Shown here: in pieces, positions 9,118 to 19,474 of the stretch
How positions within the stretch are numbered: the stretch's first letter is position 1
Layout: the number at the start of each line of letters is the position of its first letter
Origin: an uncultured Acidobacteriota bacterium
GTDB lineage: Bacteria > Acidobacteriota > Thermoanaerobaculia > Multivoradales > UBA5704
DNA length: 64,000 nt
Assembly (NCBI GenBank): GCA_963700145.1
Contig: OY969474.1
Location: 1,664,001 to 1,728,000 of the forward strand
Reading direction: 5' to 3'
Position numbers and translations under genes: made by a program
Notes under the pieces: generated by a model
What the model saw: only the letters and a program-made list of their open reading frames with translations
Databases searched by the model: none
Told to the model about the DNA's origin: nothing

Positions 9118-10776
9118 CTAGCTCGCCGGGGGGATGATCTGCGTCTCGGCGGTCAGCAGGACGCCGCTGGCGCGGTCGAAGACGGCGACGATCAGGCGCT
9201 GCTTGGCGCGGCGCAGGCGGAGGGTCGTGGTGTAGGGGATGTACTTCCCGGCCGCCGGCTTCTCGGGGATCGAGATGGTGAGCGGCACCACCGGCACCGG
9301 GGCCCGGCGGCCGTCCTCGTCCACCGCCGCCACCCGCAGCTCCAGCTCGGCCACCCACTTCTTCCCCTCCCCGCCCACCGGGATGATGGTGATCGAGTCC
9401 ACCGGGATCGCCACCGTCACCGGCACCTCGATCTCCCGCCGCCCCGAGCGCTTGACCGCCCCGACCTGGATCGGCAGCGGCTGAGTGCCCGGAGGGTTGC
9501 CGAAGAGCAGGGCGCTCTCGACCATCATCGAGATCTCGGCGGTCCGCGAGACGTCGAGGTAGTCCTCGCGCGAGCGGACGCTGAGCCCGGGGCGGAGGAC
9601 GGCGACCTCGATGTCGTGCCGGCCGTCGTCGCGCTTGCGCGTCGGGCTGAAGCCCAGCCAGTAGTACGACCGGGTGTCCTCCGCCGCCCGCGCCAGCGCC
9701 TCGCCGCGCGCGGCGTTGAGCAGGGGGCGGCCGCCGGTCTCGTCGGCCACGAACTCCAGCGAGCGGTGGATCTCGTTCTCGCGCACGTTGAGCCCGGTGG
9801 GCGCGGGGCTGTCGGCGGCGGCGTCCACCGTCTCGGCCTCCAGCCCCGGCACGTCCACCGGGTAGACGGTGTAGCCGAGGAGGTTCGCGGTGTCCACGAG
9901 CGGCCGGAACAGGTCGGCGCCGCCCTGGACCTCGCGGTCGATGATCGGCTGCTGCGGGTCGTTGATCGTGTAATCCGCCGGCGAGTACGGCCAGCCGCCG
10001 GAGAGGAGGAGCATCACCTTCCGTCCCGGCGGCGAGGCGAAGCCGCGCAGGGTGGTGACCGCCGCGGCCACCGCCGTCCGCACCTGCTCGGAGAGGCGCT
10101 CGGCGAAGGCCCGCTCCTCGAAGTCGAGGCGGGTGCCGAGCCCGGCGATGCGGGCGCGGGCGTCCATCGTCGGGCTCGGCGTGTTGCGGCGGGAGACCTC
10201 GAAGCTCCGCCGCTCGGCGAGCCGCTCGAGCCCCCGGCCGCGCCGCAGCATCGCCTTGTCGAAGGCCCGCTCGAGCTGGTTCTGGGAATTCGACCAGGAG
10301 GAGAGCATCTCCAGCGAGCGGCCGTCGAAGGCCACCACCGCCATCCGGTCCTGTGGGCCGAGGCGGGCGAGGTCCGCCTTGAGGTCGCGCAGCACCGAGT
10401 CGCGCCGCTGCTCGATGGCGAAGAGGTCGTCGATGAAGACCAGGTAGCTGGTGCCGACCGGCTCGCCGGGCGACAGGGCGGGCAGGCCCGGCAGCGGCGC
10501 GGCCTCGGCGGCGGTGGGGGCTATCGCTTGGCCGCCCAAGACCTCGGTGAAGTACTCGATCGGCACCTGCTTGCCGTCCACCGTCAAGCGGAAGTCGCCC
10601 GGCCCCAGCCCCGAGACGCGGTTGCCGTCGCGGTCGGTGACCACGACCTCGACGTTGACCACCCGCACCTCGATCAGCTCGCCGAAGGTCTCCTGCGGCG
10701 GCGTCTCCTGGGCTACGGCGGGGGCGAGGCTGGCGCAGAGCAGAGCGGCGGCGGCGAGAGGCGAGCGGAAGCGCAT
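9118..10776 (-). CDS. VWA domain protein (acidobacterial type), exported
   Basis: VVNVEVVVTDRDG, GRKVMLLLSGG, ETGG, YYWLGF. Confidence 0.88.
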   Translation of the reverse strand: MRFRSPLAAAALLCASLAPAVAQETPPQETFGELIEVRVVNVEVVVTDRDGNRVSGLGPGDFRLTVDGKQVPIEYFTEVLGGQAIAPTAAEAAPLPGLPALSPGEPVGTSYLVFIDDLFAIEQRRDSVLRDLKADLARLGPQDRMAVVAFDGRSLEMLSSWSNSQNQLERAFDKAMLRRGRGLERLAERRSFEVSRRNTPSPTMDARARIAGLGTRLDFEERAFAERLSEQVRTAVAAAVTTLRGFASPPGRKVMLLLSGGWPYSPADYTINDPQQPIIDREVQGGADLFRPLVDTANLLGYTVYPVDVPGLEAETVDAAADSPAPTGLNVRENEIHRSLEFVADETGGRPLLNAARGEALARAAEDTRSYYWLGFSPTRKRDDGRHDIEVAVLRPGLSVRSREDYLDVSRTAEISMMVESALLFGNPPGTQPLPIQVGAVKRSGRREIEVPVTVAIPVDSITIIPVGGEGKKWVAELELRVAAVDEDGRRAPVPVVPLTISIPEKPAAGKYIPYTTTLRLRRAKQRLIVAVFDRASGVLLTAETQIIPPAS

Positions 10777-10887
10777 GGGAAAGGTCTCCGGGATCGGTGG
10801 GGGCACAGGACGGACGTCAAAAGGCACAACTCGCTGCGGCCCGGCCGGAATTCCGGCCGGGCGGCAGGCGCGTGGGGCTTTCCACTC

Positions 10888-12579
10888 CTAGAGATCGACG
10901 TCCAGGTCGCTCCAGAGCATGGTCCCCGACAGCGCGTCGTGGATGCCGAAGACCACCCGCTGGTCGATGCGCCGGAGCTTGAGATTGACCTGGAAGCGCA
11001 CGGCGCTGCCGGGGCGGGGCGGCTCCGCCAGGTCGAGCCGCAACGGCAGCAGCGGCAGCGGCGAGCGCCCGCCCCAGCGGTCGAGCGCGGCGAGCGAGAG
11101 GGTGACCTCGGCGCGGAAGCCCTTCCCGGCCGGGTAGATGGTCAGCGCCTCGCTCGGCACCGAGATCGTCACCGGCAGGCGCGTCATGCGCCCGCCGGCG
11201 CGGGTCGCCTTCCCCACCCCCACCTGCAGCTTGCGGTCGGCCTCGCGGCCGCCGAAGAGCAGCACGCTCTCGGTGCGGCGCGCCGTCTCGCTCGCCCGCG
11301 AGAGGTCGGTGAAGCCGCTGCGGGTGCGCACGCGGAGGCCGGGACGCAGCACCTCGACCCGCACCTCGTGGCGCCGGTCGTTCGCCTGCCAGGTGGGGGT
11401 GAAGCCGAGCCAGTAGTAGGAGCGGGTGTCGTCGGCCACGCGCTCGAGGGCGGCCAGGCGGGAGTTGTCGAGCAGCGGTGCGCCGCCGGTCTCGGCGGCC
11501 AGGAAGCGCAGCGCGTCGTGCGTCTCCTGCTCCCACTCCGAGGTGAACGCGCCGCGGCCCGGGACCTGGTCCTCGGCGTCGGCGATGACCGACCGGATGT
11601 CGCGCCCCTGCACGTCCACCGCATAGATCGTGTAGCCGAGCAGGTTCGCGGTGTCGGCGAGGGGGCGGTAGACGTCCTGGCCGTACGCGAGGTACGCCGT
11701 ACTGGTGAGGGAACGGCCGGGCTCGCGCAGGTCGTCGTGCGCCGAGTAGGGCCAGGCGCCGGCGAGGAGCAGCATGATCTTGCGCCCTTCGGCGGGCGGC
11801 ACGCCGCGCAGCGCCGCCGCCGCCGCCGACACTGCTCCCTGGACACGGCTCGACAGATCCGGCCATCGCTCTCCGACCCGCGCCGCCTCTCTGCCGGTCG
11901 ACGCCGCGTACACTCCCGGCAGCGGTGCGTCGAGCGCCGCTTGGCGCCTGCCGCCGCCGATGGGTGCCATCGCCAGCGCCGACTCGCGGCGCAGCGAACG
12001 GCGGTTCGCGACCACCTCGATCCCGCGCGCCGGGCGGCGCCGCGCCTCCGCCAGACCGGCCTGCAGCAGGCGGGCGTCGCCCGTCCACTCGCTGAGCAGA
12101 TCCAGCCGGCGCCCGTCGAAGGCGACGATCGCCATGCGATCCTCTGGCGCCAGGCGCGACAGCTCCCGCCCGAGCTCGTCGAGCACCTGGTTGCGCTGCG
12201 CGGCGACGGCGAAGCTCTCGTCGACGAAGACCAGGATGCTGCGGCCGATCCGGCCGTCGGCGGACGGGACCGGAGCGGCGGCGACCGTCGGCGGCGGCGC
12301 CGCGCTCTCGCCCTCGACCACCTCGGTGAAGTAATCGATCGCGACCGGCGCGCCGTCGACGAGGAGCCGGAAGTCGGCGGGCCCGAGCCCGCGGACGCGC
12401 TCGCCGGCGCGGTCGGCGACGACCGCCTCGACGTTCACCACGCGCACGTCGACGGCGTCGCCGAACCCCGCGTCGGCCGCTGGGGCCGCGGCGGCGGAGA
12501 CGGAGACACCGGACAGGAAAGGGAGGGCCGCGGCGACCGCGGCGAGGGCGAGGCGCTGGGGGCGGCTGGAGAGAGTCAT
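10888..12579 (-). CDS. VWA domain protein (acidobacterial type), exported
   Basis: Paralogue of 9118-10776 with the same motif series; AGGAG RBS. Confidence 0.85.
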   Translation of the reverse strand: MTLSSRPQRLALAAVAAALPFLSGVSVSAAAAPAADAGFGDAVDVRVVNVEAVVADRAGERVRGLGPADFRLLVDGAPVAIDYFTEVVEGESAAPPPTVAAAPVPSADGRIGRSILVFVDESFAVAAQRNQVLDELGRELSRLAPEDRMAIVAFDGRRLDLLSEWTGDARLLQAGLAEARRRPARGIEVVANRRSLRRESALAMAPIGGGRRQAALDAPLPGVYAASTGREAARVGERWPDLSSRVQGAVSAAAAALRGVPPAEGRKIMLLLAGAWPYSAHDDLREPGRSLTSTAYLAYGQDVYRPLADTANLLGYTIYAVDVQGRDIRSVIADAEDQVPGRGAFTSEWEQETHDALRFLAAETGGAPLLDNSRLAALERVADDTRSYYWLGFTPTWQANDRRHEVRVEVLRPGLRVRTRSGFTDLSRASETARRTESVLLFGGREADRKLQVGVGKATRAGGRMTRLPVTISVPSEALTIYPAGKGFRAEVTLSLAALDRWGGRSPLPLLPLRLDLAEPPRPGSAVRFQVNLKLRRIDQRVVFGIHDALSGTMLWSDLDVDL

Positions 12580-12625
12580 GGATCTCCTCCTGGCTGGGAC
12601 CGCGTTCGAATCTGCAACCTGCTTG

Positions 12626-12641
12626 ATCAAGAAAGGTGCCA
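12626..12641 (-). promoter_or_regulatory. possible sigma54 promoter
   Basis: Minus strand reads TGGCACCTTTCTTGAT, with exact -24/-12 spacing but TTGA instead of TTGC, about 50 bp before the VWA gene start. Confidence 0.35.
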
Positions 12642-12736
12642 GGCGGCGTTCGCTCGACGGCCGCCGGCCGTCAAGCCTTTCACGTCCTCCGTGCAGGACG
12701 GGTCCGTGTCTCGTGGGGTCCGCGCGCCAGCGCCGC

Positions 12737-13759
12737 TCAGGAGGGCGATGACGGCGCGGGGACGGCGAGGCGGGTCAGCAGGTGGGCGACGATGCGCGGG
12801 CCGTGGTCGCGGGAGTTCTCGATGAAGATCTTGTCGGTCTGCCGCCCCGCCTGGAGGGTGCCGGCGATGTAGAGGCCGGGGACGTTCGACTCGCAGGTCT
12901 CGGGGTCGAAGCGCGGCACCAGGGTCTCGGGGTCTACCTCGACACCGCAGCGGCGCTGGAAGTCGGCGTCCGGCAGATAGCCGATCAGCACGTAGACGGC
13001 CTGCGCCGGCAGCAGCTCCGGCCCCGCCGGCGTGCGCACCTCGACCGTGCCGTCCGGCCGAAAGGCGCAGACCACGCTGTCGAAGAGGGCGCGGATCGAG
13101 CCCTCCTCGATGCGGTTCTCGACGTCCGGCTTGAGCCAGTACTTGACCCCGGCCTTGAGCTCGGAGCGGCGGTGCACCAGGGTGACCCGCGCGCCGCCGT
13201 TGCGCCAGAGCTCGAGCGCCGCCTCGGCCGCGGTGTTGCCGGCGCCGACGACGACCACGTCCTGGCTGTAGTGCGGGAAGGGCTCGACGTAGCGGTGGCG
13301 CACCCAGGGGAGGTCCTCCCCCGGCACGTCGAGCCGCTTGGGGCCGAAGAAGTAGCCGGTGGCGATCGCCACCGCGCGCGCCCGGCGGGTGCGCCGGCGG
13401 CCGTCGCGCACCGCGGCCGTCTCGACGGCGAACTCCTCCCCCTCGCGACGCGCCACCAGCACCTCCTCGTAGAGCGCCAGCGGCACCTGGTAGCGCTCGA
13501 CGACGGCGCGGTAGTAGGCCAGGGCGTCGCGGCGGGTGGGCTTGGCCTCCGGGATCGTGAAGGGAACGTCGGCGATCTCCAGGCGCTCGCGGGTGGTGAA
13601 GAACTCCAGGAAGGTCGGGTAAGCCTGGATGGCGGCGGTGAGCGAGCCGCGATCGACGAGCAGGACGTCGAGCCCCGCGCGCCGCGCCTCGGCGCCGATG
13701 GCGATGCCCGTGGGGCCCGCGCCGACGACCAGGAGGTCGAGGAGGTCAGTCGTAGACAT
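12737..13759 (-). CDS. ypdA: YpdA-family (bacillithiol disulfide reductase-like) FAD oxidoreductase
   Basis: VVGAGPTG, FFTTRERLEI, KPTRRDALAYYR, KYWLKPDVENRI, IFIENSRDH. Confidence 0.9.
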   Translation of the reverse strand: MSTTDLLDLLVVGAGPTGIAIGAEARRAGLDVLLVDRGSLTAAIQAYPTFLEFFTTRERLEIADVPFTIPEAKPTRRDALAYYRAVVERYQVPLALYEEVLVARREGEEFAVETAAVRDGRRRTRRARAVAIATGYFFGPKRLDVPGEDLPWVRHRYVEPFPHYSQDVVVVGAGNTAAEAALELWRNGGARVTLVHRRSELKAGVKYWLKPDVENRIEEGSIRALFDSVVCAFRPDGTVEVRTPAGPELLPAQAVYVLIGYLPDADFQRRCGVEVDPETLVPRFDPETCESNVPGLYIAGTLQAGRQTDKIFIENSRDHGPRIVAHLLTRLAVPAPSSPS

Positions 13760-14573
13760 GGCTTTGCCAAAGATGGTCCACCGGCCCCCGCCCGCCGCCC
13801 AGCGGATAGGCGGCGCGTAGCGCGCCCTGCAGATACTCGATCCCGCCGCGCACCGCCTCGGCCAGCGGCTCGCCGGCACCGAGGCGGGCGGCGATGGCGG
13901 AGGAGAGCGTGCAGCCGGTGCCGTGGTCGGAGGTCGTGGCAATCCGCGGGTGGGCGAAGCGGTGGACCTCGTCGCCGTCCACCAGCAGGTCCACGACCTC
14001 GTCCCCCGCCACGTGCCCTCCCTTCGCCAACACGGCAGGCCCGCCGCCAGCTGCCAGTTCCCGCGCCGCCGCCAGCCGCTCCGCCTCCCCCTCCCCCACC
14101 TGTCTTCCCGCCAGCCGCTCCAGCTCCGGCAGGTTGGGCGTTACGAGCGTCGCGAGCGGCAGCAGCTCCTCGACGATCGCCGCCACGGCGTCGTCGGCGA
14201 GCAGCGGGTCGCCGCTCTTCGCCACCATGACCGGGTCGAGCACCACCGGCGGTCGCGGCCGCGGCCCGGGTCCGAGCCAGGCGCGCAGCCGCGCCGCCAC
14301 GGCACGGACGACGCCCTCGTCGGCCAGCATGCCGATCTTCACCGCGTCCACCCCGAGATCCTCGAAGACAGCGTCGATCTGTGCCGCCACGAAGTCGGGC
14401 GGCGCCGCGTGGACCGCCCGCACGCCACGGGTGTTCTGGGCGGTCAGCGCGGTCACCGCGCTCATGCCGTAGGCGCCGTGGGCGGCGAAGGTCTTCAAGT
14501 CGGCCTGGATGCCGGCCCCTCCTCCCGAGTCCGAGCCGGCGATGGTGAGGAGCCGAGGCGGGGTGCGGCGCAC
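13746..14573 (-). CDS. thiD: hydroxymethylpyrimidine/phosphomethylpyrimidine kinase
   Basis: [42 protein letters not shown]. Confidence 0.96.
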   Translation of the reverse strand: MRRTPPRLLTIAGSDSGGGAGIQADLKTFAAHGAYGMSAVTALTAQNTRGVRAVHAAPPDFVAAQIDAVFEDLGVDAVKIGMLADEGVVRAVAARLRAWLGPGPRPRPPVVLDPVMVAKSGDPLLADDAVAAIVEELLPLATLVTPNLPELERLAGRQVGEGEAERLAAARELAAGGGPAVLAKGGHVAGDEVVDLLVDGDEVHRFAHPRIATTSDHGTGCTLSSAIAARLGAGEPLAEAVRGGIEYLQGALRAAYPLGGGRGPVDHLWQSHVYD

Positions 14574-14576
14574 GGC

Positions 14577-15425
14577 TCAGCGCGACGTCGAGGCGCGCGG
14601 CGGGGCCGAGGCCGGCCGCGCCGTCGCGGCCGCCGCGCGGACCACGCCGCGCCGCCGCCAGGCGAGGACGCCGACGGCGAGCAGCACCGCCACGCTGATC
14701 ACCTGCGCCAGCGTGAACTCGCCGAAGAAGCGGTCGTCCTTGGCGCGCAGGAACTCGATCCCGAAGCGCTCGATCGCCAGCAGAGCGATGACCGCCAGCG
14801 TCGTCGTCCCCGGCGTTACCCGGCGGCGCAGCAGCCAGACGCCGAAGCCCCAGATCAGCAGCGCCAGCGCGGTTTCGTAGAGCTGCGTCGGGTGGACGGG
14901 CAGGAGGGCGTCGGGCGCGACGCCGGACGGCACCTCCGCGCCCATCGCCCGCAGGTTGGCGGCGGTGGGGAGCGGCACCCCTTCGGGGAAGACGACGCCG
15001 ACCGGCAGGTCGGTCGGGCGGCCGTAGTCGTCGCCGACCAGGAAGCAGCCGAGGCGCCCGACGGCGTAGCCGAGCGCCAGCGCCGGGGCGAGCGCGTCGG
15101 AGGTCGGCCAGGGCGGCAGCCGCCGCAGCCGCATGACGACCAGGAGCAACACGACGGCGAGGACGAAGCCGCCGTACCAGACCAGCCCCGAGCGGTCGAA
15201 GAGCAGGCGCCAGTCGTCGTAGAGGATCGCGTAGTACACCTTGGCGCCGACGATCCCCCCGAGGCCGGCGGCCAGCAGCAGCGCGCTGGCGTCGTCGTCG
15301 TCGCCCACCCCCAGCCGCACCAGGCCCCAGCGGAGCTGGAAATAGCCGGCCAGGAAGGCCAGCACCAGCATCACCCCGAAGGGGCTGATCGAGAACGAGC
15401 CGATGCGGAAGAGCTCCTGGATCAT
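14577..15425 (-). CDS. lgt: prolipoprotein diacylglyceryl transferase
   Basis: [36 protein letters not shown]. Confidence 0.95.
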   Translation of the reverse strand: MIQELFRIGSFSISPFGVMLVLAFLAGYFQLRWGLVRLGVGDDDDASALLLAAGLGGIVGAKVYYAILYDDWRLLFDRSGLVWYGGFVLAVVLLLVVMRLRRLPPWPTSDALAPALALGYAVGRLGCFLVGDDYGRPTDLPVGVVFPEGVPLPTAANLRAMGAEVPSGVAPDALLPVHPTQLYETALALLIWGFGVWLLRRRVTPGTTTLAVIALLAIERFGIEFLRAKDDRFFGEFTLAQVISVAVLLAVGVLAWRRRGVVRAAAATARPASAPPRASTSR

Positions 15426-15541
15426 GGGGGGCGGAATCGTAGCAGAAGGCTAGGAGCGTCCCGCTGACGCGGGACGGACAGTGCTCCTAGCGTTGATTAG
15501 AGCCCGGCGCGAAAGCCTTCGCGCCTTAGAATCCCCCCTTC

Positions 15542-16609
15542 ATGATTACCGACGCCACGCGCGAGCGCGCCGCGGAGCTGCGGCGGGTGGTCGAGGCGCC
15601 GCCCGCGGGGCCCTGGCTCGTCCTCACCCACGACAACCCGGACCCCGACGCGCTGGCCTCGGCGGCGCTGCTCGAGCACCTCCTGACCGAGGTCTGGAAG
15701 CGCCGCGTCACCGTCGCCTACGGCGGCATCGTCGGCCGCGCCGAGAACCGGGAGATGGTCAAGACGCTGCGGCTCGAGCTCGCCCACGTGCGCGGCCTCG
15801 ACTTCGGCCGCTTCCGCCGCTTCGCCCTGGTCGACAGCCAGCCGCGCACCGGCAACAACCAGCTCCCCGACCGCATCGTCCCCGACCTCGTTTTCGACCA
15901 CCACCCGCTGCGCAAGGCGACCCTCGCCGCGCGCTTCGCCGACGTCCGCCCGAAGTACGGCGCCACCGCCACCATCCTCACCGAGCACCTGCTGGCCGCC
16001 GGCGTCCGCCCGGGCCGGGCCCTCGCCACCGCGCTGGTCTACGCCATCCGCTCCGAGACCCAGGACTTCAGCCGTGAGTTCGCCCCTCCGGACAAGGCGA
16101 TGTACGACGCCTTCCTCCCGGAGATCAACCAGCGGGCGCTGGGGCGCATCCAGAACGCGCCGCTGCCGCTCGGCTACCTGCGCAACCTCCACGACGCGCT
16201 GGAGAACCTGGAGACCGTCTCCAACCTGATCGTCAGCCACCTCGGGCCGGTCGACCACCCGGACATCGTCCCCGAGGTGGCCGATCTCCTCCTCCGCCTC
16301 GAAGGGATGACCTGGTCGCTCGCCACCGGCCTCCACGGCGACCGCATCTACCTCTCGCTCCGCACCACCAACGGCCGCGCCGACGCCGGCCGGGTGATGC
16401 GCGCCCTCGTCGGCCGACGCGGCAAGGGCGGCGGCCACGGCATGATGGCGGGGGGCTGGGTCGAGACGGCGAAGGCCGCGAACGGCGACGTCAAGCAGCT
16501 CCAGCGGCAGCTCGGGCAGCGGCTCGCAGCCCTGCTGCGCAAGAACCCGGAAAAGCTGGCCCGCATCGAGCTCAAGCGGGTCGAGGCCGAGCCGCCCCCG
16601 GCGGGCTGA
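15542..16609 (+). CDS. DHH-family phosphoesterase
   Basis: HDNPDPDA, LVD, FDHH, GATATI, GGGHGMMAGG. Confidence 0.92.
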   Translation: MITDATRERAAELRRVVEAPPAGPWLVLTHDNPDPDALASAALLEHLLTEVWKRRVTVAYGGIVGRAENREMVKTLRLELAHVRGLDFGRFRRFALVDSQPRTGNNQLPDRIVPDLVFDHHPLRKATLAARFADVRPKYGATATILTEHLLAAGVRPGRALATALVYAIRSETQDFSREFAPPDKAMYDAFLPEINQRALGRIQNAPLPLGYLRNLHDALENLETVSNLIVSHLGPVDHPDIVPEVADLLLRLEGMTWSLATGLHGDRIYLSLRTTNGRADAGRVMRALVGRRGKGGGHGMMAGGWVETAKAANGDVKQLQRQLGQRLAALLRKNPEKLARIELKRVEAEPPPAG

Positions 16610-16629
16610 CAGCAGCCGGGGGCCGGCTC

Positions 16630-19386
16630 CTACGGCTGCTGCACGATCCTCACGTCGTCCACCGCCGCCTCCACCAAGCTCGCGGTCGCGGCGTCGGCGG
16701 CCTCGATGCGGATGCGCACCGTCTGCCCGGCAAACGAGCTGATGTTGACGCTGTGCGGCGCCCAGACCGCGTCGTCGTCGTTGCCGGCCCCCAGCTCCTC
16801 GAGCACCAGCGACGTTGTCGTCCCGACCACGCGGACGCGCAGGAAGTCGGCGGTCGAGGCGTTGCTGCCGTGGGCCATGTAATAGCTGAAGGAGAGGCTC
16901 AGCGTGCCGGTCGACGGCAGGGCGATCGCCGGCGACTGGATCGTTGTGGTGCCGCCGTCGAGGTCGTGCACGCCGGCCGAGCTGCCGGCCAGCCGCCCGG
17001 TCACCAGGTCGTTGACGCCGGAGATGGTGGTGCCGAGCTGCTTGGGCCCGGAGGAATTGGTGTCCTCGGGGTTGCCGCGCTCCCAGAGGCCGGTCGTCGC
17101 GGTGTCTGTGCCGAGCGGGTTGCGCGTCCACCCGCGGTCGATCTCGAAGTCATCGGAGAAGACCGTTACCGGCGGGTTGCCGGCGCCCTCCGTGGCGGCG
17201 CCGGTCACGACCAAAGCGAAAGGCTGCGGCCCGCTGGGCACGGCGAAGGAGCGGACGGTGACCGTGTAGGTGCCGGTCGCCGGGGTCAGCAGCAGCACCT
17301 GCTCCAGCGTATTGCGGCGGTCGGCGCTGCCGCCGGTCGCCGACTGCCCGCCCGAGAAGACGTTGCCGCGCCAGACGGTGCCGGTCGGACCGGTGACGAT
17401 CAGGTCGAGGTCGTTGACCAGGTTGACGCTCGCCGCCGGCGTCGAGGGGAAATCGGTCCAGGCGGCGGTGACCTTGAAGGGCTCGGCGCCGCTCGAGACC
17501 GTGAAGGTGAAGGTGCGGTCCTCGTTGGTCGAGCCGGTCGGGAAGGCGGCGGCGTTGTCCTTGGCCCAGAGGCGGCGCGGCTGGCCGGCGAAATGGAGGA
17601 CGTTCTCGAGCAGCACCCGCCCCCAGCCCTGGCAGTTGGCGGGGATCGCCGTCGTGCCGGTCATGTTGATCGCGGAGTTGACCAGCGCCGCCTTCATCAG
17701 CGCCGCCGAGGGCGCGAAGCCGTTGGCCGGCACCTCGGTGCCCGAGGGGTACCACCCGTCGGTGAAGTACTGGCGGATGAGCGCGGTGAGCCCCGCCGCC
17801 CCCGGCGTCGCCATGCTGGTGCCGCTCGAGCTCTTGGTGCCGCAGTTGTTGGTGGTGACGTTGAGGTCGTTGTTGGCCGAGATGATCCCCGACCCCGGCA
17901 CCGTGACGTCGGGCTTGATCCGCCCGTCGGCGGTCGGGCCGCAGCTCGAGAAGGAAGCCATCGAGTTGGCGCTCGTGCCGCGCAGCGTGGCGCCCACCGA
18001 GACGCCGCTCTTGGCGGTCGAGGGACTGCCGACGGTGCCCGTCCCGGGGCCGCCGTTGCCGGCGGCGAAGAAGACCAGGAAGTCCTTGTGGTTCCACATG
18101 AACTCGTCGACGTCCTGGCTGCCGTTCGAGTAGTTGTTCTGCACTGCCGCGTTCTCGTTGTCGCCCCAGGAGTTGGAGTGGAAGCGCGCGCCCTGGGTGT
18201 AGGTCTGCTGGAAGATCGGGTTCAAGTCCACGACCGGGCAGCCGATCCCCGGCAGGTCGCCGCAGTTGTCGACCAGGTAGCCGGCGTCCTGCATCACCAG
18301 CTTCGCGCCCGGCGCCATGCCGTCGGCGGTGTCGTGCAGCAGCGGGTTGGCGAAGTTGTCCCCCGCTGCCGTGCCGGCGACGTGGCTGCCGTGGTCCTGG
18401 GTGTCCCACTCGGTCGAGGAGATGCCGCCGTTGCACTCGCTCTGCCAGAGAAAGTCGACGGCGATCACCTTGCGCTGGCTCGCGTTGACCGTCGTGCCGC
18501 CGTTGCAGGCGTTGGTCGGGGGCAGGCCGAGAGCGGTGTCGCGGAACCAGCACATGTCGGCGTCGATGCCGGTGTCGAGGATGGCGATCGTCTGCCCCTC
18601 GCCGAAGATCCCCTGGCTGAAGATCGGCGTCGTCTGTCCGCCGGAGAGCCCGGACTGCCCCACCCAGACTGTGGTGTCGTTGAGCAGCGCCCGCCGCGGC
18701 TCGAGCTCGATCCAGAAGACTTCGGAGAGGGCGGCGAGCGAGTCGCGGAGGGAGGCGATCTCGGCCGGCGTCAGCAGCAGGCGGAGGCGCGAGAAGCTCG
18801 CGCGCTGGCGCCAGGCGACGACGCCGGGGACGCCGAGCCCGCGCAGGTGGTGCGCCAGCCCGCGCGCGTCGGCCTCGGGGAAGAGGTGGAGCATGACCAT
18901 CCGGTAGTCCGGCGCGGCGACCGCCTCGATGGCCGGATCGCCGCCGGCGGCGGCGTCCTCGCCGCCCAGCGCCGCGACGGCGCGGGAGACCTTGTAGTCG
19001 GGTAGGTAGGCCCCGACCCAGCTCGCGCCGAGCCGCGCCAGGCCCGCGCGGTCGGCGCGCCACCCCGCCGGGGCCCGCACCAGGAAGGCGTCGTGGGGCA
19101 GGTAGGTGTAGACGCGCAGCCCTTCCCGGCGCATCGCCTCGGCCTGCCAGCCGGCGATCGGGCGCGGGAACTTGAGGAGCAGGACCTCGCCCGCCGCGGC
19201 GCCCGCGGCCTCCCCGGCGCTCGCCGCCTCGTGCGCCGGCTGCGGCCGGCGCGTGTCGATGGTCTGCGACTCGAGGAGGATGAGCGGCGACTCCGCGGCC
19301 TCGCGCTGGGCGAGGGCGGGCACCGCCGGGGTCAGGAGGACGAGCGCGGCGACGAGCAGGCGAAGCGGCGAGCCGGACGGGTGCAT
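16630..19386 (-). CDS. secreted S8 serine peptidase (Kp43-like) with C-terminal beta domains
   Basis: Signal peptide; catalytic triad ILDTG / DHGSHVAG / GTSMATP; FAAGN; GRIKPDV; LVNDLDL. Confidence 0.93.
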   Translation of the reverse strand: MHPSGSPLRLLVAALVLLTPAVPALAQREAAESPLILLESQTIDTRRPQPAHEAASAGEAAGAAAGEVLLLKFPRPIAGWQAEAMRREGLRVYTYLPHDAFLVRAPAGWRADRAGLARLGASWVGAYLPDYKVSRAVAALGGEDAAAGGDPAIEAVAAPDYRMVMLHLFPEADARGLAHHLRGLGVPGVVAWRQRASFSRLRLLLTPAEIASLRDSLAALSEVFWIELEPRRALLNDTTVWVGQSGLSGGQTTPIFSQGIFGEGQTIAILDTGIDADMCWFRDTALGLPPTNACNGGTTVNASQRKVIAVDFLWQSECNGGISSTEWDTQDHGSHVAGTAAGDNFANPLLHDTADGMAPGAKLVMQDAGYLVDNCGDLPGIGCPVVDLNPIFQQTYTQGARFHSNSWGDNENAAVQNNYSNGSQDVDEFMWNHKDFLVFFAAGNGGPGTGTVGSPSTAKSGVSVGATLRGTSANSMASFSSCGPTADGRIKPDVTVPGSGIISANNDLNVTTNNCGTKSSSGTSMATPGAAGLTALIRQYFTDGWYPSGTEVPANGFAPSAALMKAALVNSAINMTGTTAIPANCQGWGRVLLENVLHFAGQPRRLWAKDNAAAFPTGSTNEDRTFTFTVSSGAEPFKVTAAWTDFPSTPAASVNLVNDLDLIVTGPTGTVWRGNVFSGGQSATGGSADRRNTLEQVLLLTPATGTYTVTVRSFAVPSGPQPFALVVTGAATEGAGNPPVTVFSDDFEIDRGWTRNPLGTDTATTGLWERGNPEDTNSSGPKQLGTTISGVNDLVTGRLAGSSAGVHDLDGGTTTIQSPAIALPSTGTLSLSFSYYMAHGSNASTADFLRVRVVGTTTSLVLEELGAGNDDDAVWAPHSVNISSFAGQTVRIRIEAADAATASLVEAAVDDVRIVQQP

Positions 19387-19474
19387 GGTTTCCCTCCTCT
19401 GAAGGAAGGGGTGCAGGAAAGGCGTGCCCGCGAGCCGGCTCCGGCGAGCAGCGCGGCGCGGAGCAGGGCGCGCC

